Origin: Neophaeotheca triangularis
Taxonomy: Eukaryota
Direction of reading: 5' to 3'
Assembly (NCBI GenBank): GCA_054600435.1
Contig: BAAIJX010000020.1
Coordinates: 369,358-389,357, forward strand
DNA: 20,000 nt
A model generated the notes under the pieces. It did no database searches, was not told the DNA's origin, and saw only the letters and a list, made by a program, of their open reading frames with translations. Every line of letters starts with the position of its first letter. Position 1 is the stretch's first letter. Position numbers and translations under genes: made by a program. This document shows positions 10,831 to 20,000 of the stretch, in pieces.

Positions 10831-10927
10831 ATGCTTACCTCTACTTAGTACTCGCCTTCAACTAAGTACTACTAAGTAATAGAGTAATGCTTACCTCTAC
10901 TTAGTACTTACCTTTAACTAAGTACTA
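10831..10927 (+). repeat. 41-bp direct repeat, two copies, 56-bp period
   Basis: ATGCTTACCTCTACTTAGTACTCGCCTTCAACTAAGTACTA (10831-10871) vs ATGCTTACCTCTACTTAGTACTTACCTTTAACTAAGTACTA (10887-10927): three differences, all C>T or G>A. Confidence 0.9.
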
Positions 10928-11219
10928 TAGAGCGATAGATCATAATGATTAGAGACACGAATCTCCTTTATCTTTAGGTAGCGACATTTCCTAGATAGAG
11001 ATTTATATTCAACTTATGTTATAATCTTACTAAAAGGTCTATAGCGACACTTCACATATCTTTAAAATCCTTATAATAAAGGAAATACCCTTACTAGCCT
11101 TCTATGATATCTCTCCTCTTCCGCTATAAGCTCTACCTATAAGACTATCTTATAGGATTATAACACTCTAAACACAGCTAGTAACGGTATATCTCGAAGG
11201 CTATACTACTTCCTATAAT

Positions 11220-12918
11220 GCCTACTATAGTAAACCTACTCGTGTTTACCGTCTAGATATATGTGTACTAATCTAGATAGCCCTACGCGCGTTTACTACT
11301 AACCCTATCTAAATCAAATACGCCTAAATCGAACGCGCCCCTTATAGGCTTAACCCTAACCCTAACGCCTATACAAACTAAATGGAATGTATATGCGCTC
11401 TATTTATCTTTACTTAGTAGAGAGTACATTAGTAGGGAGTTTATAAAGTCAAACTTCGATCCTAGTACATATCTTTTATAGTATCTTAACTAGGGTACCT
11501 AGCGCTATCTTAGTATAGTTAATCCTATATGTCCTAACATCCTATTACCTAAGTTAGCTATATACTATAACGTAAAAGCTAGCTTTAATGGTAACGTTCT
11601 ACCTAGTATAGTAGCGTACTTCGTAGCCCCTACTATTACTCTCTTATAAGTACTCGAGCTCTTCTAGGTATAGCCTTAGTTTAGCTATAAATAGGTTATC
11701 TAGGAGATCTACCTCTCCTACTATACCTCTATAATATATAGGTCTAATAAGACTAAGCTCTTTCCTATAATAGCTTTTATTAGTATTATCTATACTAGTA
11801 TCTAGGAGCTATAAACTAATTATAGCTATAGCCCTCTCTACCTCGTTATAGAAGAGTATAGATAGTTACCTAGCTCTAATCTAGGACTCGACTAAGGTAA
11901 CGCCCTTATAATAATGTAATAGCTAGGACTATATACCTATTAAGACCCGTAAGATCACGTTATAGCCTTTCTAAGCTAATAGCCCTTACTAGGTTTTAAA
12001 GTCGACTACTCGCGCGAAATAGATACTATATATATCGACTTTATAATATATATAGCTAAGTGAGGGACATACATCTCGCTCTTAGATGTTAGACTCGACA
12101 CCTACTATACTAAGACAGCACTAATTATTAAACGCCCTATATATACCACGATACTAAGCTAGGTCCCTAACTAGTAGTATTGTATAGGCTCTACTAGTTT
12201 AGACAGTTTCCTCTACATTATAAACTCCGAGCATCCTAGCTAGCCTCTATATCTTTAAACTAGAAGAGTTACCTAAAGTAACGAGTTAATGCTTAAAGGC
12301 TACAAGCTCACTTAGATAGAAGCGGTAGAGTCTACGGAGGTCTTCGTCGGTCGCTTAAAGGCGATGTACTTAGTAGCTTTCTATCTAACCTTTACCGCTT
12401 CCGTTATGGCGGGCGATACTATTCTAGTACTTATAGCTAATGATGATGAACCTAGCGGTATTTACCTATGTTAGTATATCCCGGAGACTACTAACCATTA
12501 CTAGCTTTTCTAGTAGATGTTCGTGTCTATTAATCATGAGCTTCCTACTCTTAATGTAGTACTTAAGTAGATATTGCTAGTTTGATAGAGAGTAAAGCGC
12601 GAGTACCTTGACTCGAATAGATACTTTCACTAGGTCGCTAGAAGGGTTATAGCTACATGGCCGGTGTCGGACAAGACTCTAATAACGGGGTACTTGATTT
12701 AGTCATTCTAGAGGAGTTTAGCATAACTTGTGTCTTCTCTACCTCCGTAAGAACCTACTGCCTAGCAAACGCAACTAAAACCCTTGCTTCGAGATCTGGT
12801 AGACACGACGTACAGTATAGCGAACACGGAGATAGACACTGCCTACATTATGAGACCCGTGACCTCGAGACAGTACTCGTATCGTTTTAGCTACGGAAGG
12901 TATTACTGGAGAAAGTGA
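11220..12918 (+). pseudogene. RIP-inactivated HET-domain (het-6-like heterokaryon incompatibility) gene
   Basis: One frame carries three ordered motifs. 11674-11706 P*FSYK*VI*E (PWFSRKWVIQE after reversing transitions). 11938-12042 Y*DP*DHVIAFLS...KVDYSREIDTIYIDF (CxDPRD...DYS...Y.DF). 12154-12174 LS*VPN* (PSWVPDW). The frame runs on to a TGA at 12916-12918. The 5' end is uncertain. Confidence 0.8.
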
Positions 12919-13589
12919 TCGAGCCATGAGAGACGTAGGTCAAAACGAAGGCTAAATACTTCCGGGTCATGCTAAGTGTATATCGCCGAGACTAGTCGGA
13001 TGATATCCACCTTCACGATACTTCTCAACGGATTCGACTATATCGTGTATCTTCTAGAAACGACGCATTGGAGGTGTTGGTGGCTGTATGTTCAGCGTAC
13101 TATGTCGTGATTGTAGAGAACAAAGTATTCGGAATATTTCTGGACCGAAACAGAGATAGATGATTCTAACGGAAAGATTTTCCGCACGCGCCTGAAAATG
13201 ACTTGGTCACAGAGGCAAGCGCCGCACCAATGAGAGCGGTTAGCCAGCCGCCCGGCAGACCCCCGCGTTGCCCTCATCATTGCGGTATCTATTGGTCGCA
13301 GTACAAGCGTCCGTACGGTTATGGTTAAACGACGTTTCAGCTGTCGCGCGCGTACAGTTAGCTCCGCGCATTCCTCGTGAAAGCAACAACATTGGTGTTG
13401 GTTGCAGGGTTCGGCGCAAGTAGTGTGGTATAGATATAAGCTTCAACACAGCAGCATGAGTGGATATCTTACCCACACGCTCCATCACCTCATTTGATAT
13501 CAACAATGCCGCTCTTAGTGGAGTTCAGACCAACAACCGTGTACGCCAATGCACCAGCAACAAGAGCAGTTGCGCTGGACGGCGTGTGT

Positions 13590-14763
13590 TCATTCCTGGC
13601 TCAAGCTCTCATCGAAATCAAGGTCGTCAAGACCATCGAACAATCCGTCTTCTACACTCCTCACCATTTCCATTTGCGAAACTCGTCCCAGATCTCCAGC
13701 CTCTTCTACTCTACTCGTGGTGATGGTAATGCTTGCAAAGTCCTCGTGAGCCGCTGCGCCGCTTTCTTCTTCACGCTGCGTTGGTGTGGCGATTGACTTG
13801 GCACAGGCATCTCCACAGATTCTGTTAGATGAAGGCCAGCCGGTGAGCATGCCAGACAAGCTATCCAGGGCTGTGCCAGTGCCGGCCTTCAAAGTCTCGA
13901 GCGCCTAAAAGGCTTCCGGTAGAGGCTGTCCAGCAAGTGACATTCGTATCAACTCGTTCAAGGTCAGCCTAGCATGAGCGTCCAGTGCTCGCCATGCCAC
14001 ATCGAGCAGCAGGAGCCAGGAAGCAAGGTTTTCGGCTTGCATTTTTTGGACGCATCTGTCGGAAACGCATTGCGACGGCAAGGCCAGGAAGGCGCCAACA
14101 CCACCGAAAACGTCTCGTAGATCAAGCCAGCGCCTTCCTTTTCTTAGCCGATGCCGCAACCTTTGCCAATCATCAAGCGCCACAGACTTTGTCATCTCGT
14201 TCGGTCTCTCAATCGTTGCATGCTCGGGATGTATGGCGCGAAATAAACGGAGATTGGCGGCTTTGGCCTGTTTTCTACCCGCACCTTCTTGCCACAGACT
14301 TTCGCGATATTGTGCCATGGCAGCCAGCTTCACGCGTCTGGTAACAGAAAATTTGATGGCCGCGTTGTCTAGAGTCGTGATCTGTTGGTAAAGGGCGGTC
14401 AAACGAGCGAGGCCGCTGTCACGCGGGATCAATGTGCCGTCGGCTTTTCGCGTATCCGCATCAGATTGAGAGGCGCTGAGATCGAATTCAAATTCCAAAG
14501 CTTCTACCGTTCTGCTTTACGTTTTTGCGCGTGTCGCACACAAAGCGCTGAAGCTCTTTGATACCCTTCTCACTAGCAAGAGACACTGCTCTACAGACCA
14601 TTTTTTTCTGATCTGCTCCACTGAGTGAAGTGAAGACGGCGTCTCTCCGGGCGGCATCCCAGACTGCACTTTCACCAATGCATACTATTTAGATGAGATT
14701 GCAGGGGTGCAGAGTGGGCTGATCTGAATTTGCAAGGTGACGCTGTGGCAATAATATCACCAT
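13590..14763 (-). pseudogene. Disrupted gene of unknown function
   Basis: ORFs 13905..14498 and 13590..13892 are in the same frame, split by one TAG (13905-13907; ...LPEAF*ALETL...). An upstream piece from ATG 14763 (...AVSLASEKGIKELQRFVCDTRK...) lies in another frame and has a TAA at 14689-14691. The core WQRLRHRLRKGRRWLDLRDVFGGVGAFLALP looks like real helical protein, and the tail is acidic. Confidence 0.6.
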
Positions 14764-15334
14764 AAGTTGGGAAATCGTTGAAGGCATAAACAGCAGACTG
14801 CTTGCAAGGCCAGCTGATAAGCGGCATACCCGCGTTACGGGCCGCTGACCATCCGTCTCAGCGGTTGCGGCATGCTAGGCGTTGCACGGCCGACCGCGAG
14901 CCGAAAGTAGATCATGGCGCTTCGGGACGACCTAGCGTCCTCAGGCTCAGACGACACGCACCATGAAAGCGAAGCTTAAGCGTAACGCTGGAAATAGGAC
15001 TTCGGTTCACGAACCTGGAACCTAGGTTGTTGCGGCCTCAATCACGCCACGCGTTACGGCTAGTGCATGCAATATGCATGAACAGCGCATCGTTGTAATA
15101 CATGTCTCAGTTGAATATCAGTCCCATGTCTCATGGAGTTAAGCACCACACGTTTCCCTCCTCGGAATTATCATTCTCACTTCGCTCGAAGAGTGAGGTG
15201 TGTTTACCGTTACGAGCAATCTCAACTCCTTGCAAAAGAATATTACGACAGACAAGCAATTATTCTGCCCCGACCTAAAACACCTTCGCACATTACAAGT
15301 GATCAACCTCCATCGGCTGCATCAAGCAAGAACG

Positions 15335-17084
15335 ATGCAGAACCCGCAGGAAGACCTCGCTCGACTCATGAGCAATGTCACCCTCACTCAACCGACACGT
15401 GCCAGCGCAAGGAGCGAAACGGATGAGCGAGAGAGTATTGTCTCTGACGACGTTGAAAAGTTGGCGTCCATCACCTCGAAGCTGGGAATAGAAGTGAACA
15501 GGGCTCAGATCTTGTGTCAAAATAGCGATACCCTTCTCAGTAGCCGCATAGCGGCAATAGGCTTGGTCTTGAAGAGGTCTGTGGAAACCGCCAAACTCGC
15601 TGATAGCCTGGAGAATGCCACAGTTGAATATATCATGTCACGACTTATGTCACTCGGTGATGGCGAGGGAGATGTGCGCAAGCTGCTATTACATTTCGAA
15701 CACGAGCTGAAAGCAATCGTCAAAGACACCTATGAGGACGCTGGATGGGATCAAAACTCGATGGTTAATATCCTGGAAGCATGCCACAATCAGGCTCTCG
15801 GTGGCGACCTACATGTCGATAACTACTTCGCTCCTCTATATGAAGCCAACCTCGCCTCGCCTTATGATCCGGACTTTGAGAGTGAGGCTTATTATGAACA
15901 TGAAAACCGGCTGGAGGTGGATGATGATTATGCCAAAGCAGAGAGTGTGCGTAGACAGCGGAGGTCAGGAGAGCGGATCGAGAACGAGAAGAGAACCAAT
16001 CGCGCTTGGATCAGATTCTGGGTGCGAATGTTGCATGGTTGTCAGGGCGGGCCGACACTATTCTGGCCGTATTCTGACGATGATAAGTCCGAAGACCTGC
16101 CAGATGTTCCGAGATATCTATTCCGCGCCTTCGATGCCGCAACCTCCGGCAAAAGCGATGAGAACATAGTGGCTTCTTCCGCAAGCACATATGCCACAGA
16201 CACCTGCCGCACAGATCTCTTGTCAATGGAATTAGAAGAAAGAGCCGAGACACTGTGTACTCATTTGAAAAAGAAGTGCTTTGGCGAGACCGATTATGCC
16301 GATAACCTGATGTCCTGGAGCAGCTCGTTACTCTTCGTGCTCCAGTACGCGATCTGGAGGCACAGCAAAGGTCATCGGTCCTCAGCTGATGTGCAGATTT
16401 GTGTGGTGGATACCACAAAGTTTCCTTATGGTCAATTCGCACGAGACATGTGGCTACTGGAACAGTGTCGTGATGATCGGACCGAGAGCTCGAAGGTTCA
16501 GAATGAGATTCGACTCAGGAAGCGTGGCTACGATAACGGAGAATATCTATCCCAAGGGCTCCTAGTGCACCAGCATCGATCAGCTGTTTTCACACTCAAG
16601 GAAATCATACAATCGGGACTATACGAGCTTTATCCCGAGTTTGACGAATTTGGTGGGAAGCAAAAATGGACCAATCGTGTTTGCGAGCTACGTTTGGCTT
16701 GGGCGCAACCTCAATCGACATTGGACGAAGAACTGCACATCGCTTCACGCATCGCAACGAAATGTTTCGAGAACTTCCACCCATGCGAACTAGCGATTTG
16801 TCTACTCATGCTGAAGAATCGTAAGTTGGGAAGTGAGTTTTCAGCAGGTACGTTGCCCCTAGCTGGAAGATAGGAAGATCTGTTAAATGACTTCTGTAGG
16901 AGAGCACGCTCGGAGGCCGGGTTGGCTCGACAATGAACCAGCAGAGGTACAAAGATTGGTGCAAGCGATCAGAACATTTGCCCCTCAAGAAACGAGAGAA
17001 TTCTTTTCGGTGATCACTTCGTCCCCAGCATTTGTGCGCGCGAATCTGGAGGACCTTTTCAGCTGTACTCAAGCTAGTGACTAA
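15335..17084 (+). CDS. Uncharacterised fungal protein with DUF7587-like domain; possible ADP-ribosyltransferase-like fold
   Basis: Long ORF with first ATG at 15335. Intron 16848-16899 (GTACGT...TAG) joins in frame to GEHARRPGWLDNEPAEVQR..., stop at 17084. Motifs PRYLFR, LMSWSSSLLFVLQYA, ICVVDT, NGEYLSQG. The 3' end may include a further small exon. Confidence 0.75.
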
Positions 17085-17599
17085 CTCAGAAATTCTTGGA
17101 CTCATCATGGCTGCCATAGTAGCTAGTGGCGCTTTCTATAGAACTACTTTTGCGAAGTGGATCAAAGAAACGGACCAAAAAACGAGTTTGTTCAAATGAC
17201 GAGTCGGTTTGATGTTTGCTGCTAGGACTGTACTCGCAGATGCGGCGCGGCACGGTTAGTCGTGAGTTGAAAGGATAATTGTATCTAGTTTATTGGCGCC
17301 TAGCTGCATTGTCTGTACTAAAGAGACAATGTTATTAATTACCTGCAGTATGGCAAAAGAATATAGCGGCTAACTGCCCCCGGTAGGGCTAAGGGTAGTA
17401 GAAAACGAACACTAGTTGAAGCGCGAGAGAGAGTAAAGACAACTTAGACGGGGGGATCGCGATAGACCCTGACATGGAGATGGCCACTCTACACTACAGC
17501 GCCTAGATCTATTATCAGCTCGGAATCAGCTATAGGATGCCCTCGCGTGCTACGATTACGAAGCCGGATTGGCGACGGCCTGTAGCGCGCGTACGCTAC

Positions 17600-20000
17600 T
17601 TATTAAAGGGCCCTATAATCAGTCTAGCATAAGTATATGCCGCCGACTCTTTTCTAGCGTCTAGTATAACTACTCTAGTAGTATAACTCTGTTTTACTAG
17701 CAAAATTTAGAAAATTAGTTTTTATAAGAGCTAGGAAGTTTTCTAAAACTTCTAGTTAGTTTTCCTAGGATCTATAGGGTTTATAGAGTCTATAGAAAAT
17801 GAGCTAGGGTCTAACGTAAATCTATAGAACTCTCTATAAATCCTAGTAATACTGTTTATAAGAGAGTAGGGGGAAGAATTAGATATAAAAGATATTAGGA
17901 AGTTTCTATAGACTTCTAGATAGTTTTATAGGCTTTAGTATATCTATAGAGACCTATAGAAACTACTAGTTAAGGTCTAGTAAATCTATAGCTTTCTATA
18001 TAAATCGACTTAGAGCTTACTATAGACTCTTAGTATTTAGAATTATTAAAAGTACTAGGAAGTTTCTAGGGAGCTCTAGCTAGCTTTATAGACTTTACTA
18101 TACCTAAGAAGACCTAAAGAAACTACTAGCTAAAGTCTAGTAAATCTATAGCTCTCTATATAAATTAATTATAGAGCTTATCATAAACCTAGGATAATAA
18201 GAATTAGTAAAGGTAGTAGGAAGTTTCTAGGGACTTCTAGCTAGTTTTATAGACTTTAATAGACCTTAAAGTATCTATAGAAACTACTAGCTAAGGTGTC
18301 GTAAATCTATAGCTCTCTATATAAATCGACTAAGAACTTACTATAGAGCTAGAATAGTAAGAATTAGTATAGAGAGTAGGAAGTTTCTAGGGACTTCTAG
18401 CTAGTTTTATAGGCTTTACTAGACCTAAGGGTATCTATAGAAACTACTAGCTAAGGTATCGTAAATCTATAGCTCTTTATATAAATCAACTAAGAACTTA
18501 CTATAGACTCTAAATAGTTAGGGCTAGTAAAGGTACTAGAGAGTTTCTAGGGACTTCTAGCTAGTTTTATAGGCTTTACTAGACCTAAAGGTATCTAGAG
18601 AAACTACTAGCTAAGGTGTTGTAAATCTATAGCTCTCTATATAAATCGACTAGGAACTTACTATAGAGCTAGAATAGTAAGAATTAGTGAAGGTAGTAGG
18701 AAGTTTCTAGGGACTTCTAGCTAGTTTTATAGGCTTTACTAGACCTAAAGGTATCTATAGAAACTACTAGCTAAGGTATTATAAATCTATAGCTCTCTAC
18801 ATAAATCGACTAAGAACTTACTATAGAGCTAGAATAGTAAGAATTAGTATAGAGAGTAGGAAGTTTCTAGGGACTTCTAGCTAGTTTTATAGGCTTTACT
18901 AGACCTAAGGGTATCTATAGAAACTACTAGCTAAGGTATCGTAAATCTATAGCTCTTTATATAAATCAACTAAGAACTTACTATAGACTCTAAATAGTTA
19001 GGGCTAGTAAAGGTACTAGAGAGTTTCTAGGGACTTCTAGCTAGTTTTATAGGCTTTACTAGACCTAAAGGTATCTAGAGAAACTACTAGCTAAGGTGTT
19101 GTAAATCTATAGCTCTCTATATAAATCGACTAGGAACTTACTATAGAGCTAGAATAGTAAGAATTAGTGAAGGTAGTAGGAAGTTTCTAGGGACTTCTAG
19201 CTAGTTTTATAGGCTTTACTAGACCTAAAGGTATCTATAGAAACTACTAGCTAAGGTATTATAAATCTATAGCTCTCTACATAAATCGACTAAGAACTTA
19301 CTATAGACTCTAGAAATTTAGTATTAGTAAAGGTACTAGGAAGTTTCTAGGGACTTCTAGCTAGTTTTATAGGCTCTACTAGACCTAAAGGTATCTATAG
19401 AAACTACTAGCTAAGGTATTATAAATCTATAGCTCTCTACATAAATCGACTAAGAACTTACTATAGACTCTAGAAATTTAGTATTAGTAAAGGTACTAGG
19501 AAGTTTCTAGGGACTTCTAGCTAGTTTTATAGGCTCTACTAGACCTAAAAGTATCTATAGAAACTACTAGCTAAGGTGTCGTAAATCTATAGCTCTCTAT
19601 ATAAATCTACTAAGAACTTACTATAAACCTAGGATAGTAAGAATTAGTAAAGGTAGTAGGAAGTTTCTACTACCCTACTCGGTAGTAGAACTGACTTATA
19701 CCGGCAAAAAACGGTCTATTTTACTAGCAAATTTAAATTCTTGTTTTTTTAGTGGTAGAACCGGGAATTTCGATATTTTAAGGTAAGGAATCGATTCCTA
19801 AGGGCTTAAATACCCTAGAAAACATATTAAAACATTAGATTTACTTAAGTCTCTTAATAGGGTAGGGTAAAGGCCCTAAACCTTAGGGTATAACCCTAAT
19901 TTCTAAAAAGGGTAATTTTGTAAAATCTAAAGTTATAGTCTTCTTCTTTAGGGTCTATATAGCTACTTTATAGCTTAAAAGTATAGGAATACCTAGTGTA
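17600..20000. other. AT-rich RIP-type repetitive block running off the window
   Basis: Near absence of CA/TG, saturation with TAG/CTA/TATA, no ORFs. No transposase or other element-specific motif recognised. Confidence 0.8.
17730..19670 (+). repeat. 160-bp tandem array, ~12 units, with a 3-unit (480-bp) higher-order duplication
   Basis: Anchor (A/G)AGTTTCTA recurs at about 17736 (degenerate), 17900, 18060, 18221, 18381, 18541, 18701, 18861, 19021, 19181, 19341, 19501 and 19661. 18321-18827 is identical to 18801-19307. Confidence 0.97.

Larger units (their letters stand above)
10380..12950. other. AT-rich, RIP-mutated block
   Basis: Visible excess of TA, TAG, TAA and CTA, with depletion of CA/TG. 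No ORF of 60 aa or more between 10315 and 12657. Boundaries approximate. Confidence 0.85.

Noticed and set aside
11351..11366. Interstitial telomere repeat TAACCCTAACCCTAAC
   Set aside because: Fewer than three units, within RIP-mutated sequence where TAA/CTA arise readily.
12657..12890. 77-aa ORF as a standalone gene
   Set aside because: An alternative frame overlapping the 3' part of the HET-like pseudogene, with no recognisable motif.
15200..15334. GTG start for the long ORF
   Set aside because: Fungal genes normally start at ATG; the first in-frame ATG is at 15335.
17730..19670. CRISPR-like repeat-spacer array
   Set aside because: The variable segments are related to each other and recur rather than being unique, the constant part is ~125 bp, the context is eukaryotic and no cas genes are present.
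17730..19670. Repeat-protein coding region
   Set aside because: The 160-bp unit is not a multiple of 3 and all frames are full of stops; no motif was recoverable.
19858..19900. Telomere-like TAGGG/CCCTAA words
   Set aside because: Scattered, in both orientations and not tandem; insufficient to call a telomere.

Overview
Filamentous-ascomycete DNA: short GT-AG introns with CTRAC branch sites and strong RIP-type (CpA->TpA) decay in places. The left half (1-10315) is gene-dense. It holds the 3' part of a SAF-domain NAD(P)-dependent oxidoreductase, a hidden internally deleted, RIP-damaged cyclase (kynurenine-formamidase-like) pseudogene, a membrane-anchored arylsulfotransferase-like gene, and a four-gene quinate-utilisation cluster (qutE, qutG, qutB, qutD) with no qutC, qutA or qutR in the window. 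The right half is accessory-like. It holds a RIP-destroyed block hiding a het-6-like HET-domain pseudogene, a disrupted gene of unknown function divergently paired with an intact protein carrying an R-S-E ADP-ribosyltransferase-like motif pattern, and a RIP-type AT-rich block with a ~12-copy 160-bp tandem array showing an exact 480-bp higher-order duplication. All family calls come from motif recognition, not database searches.
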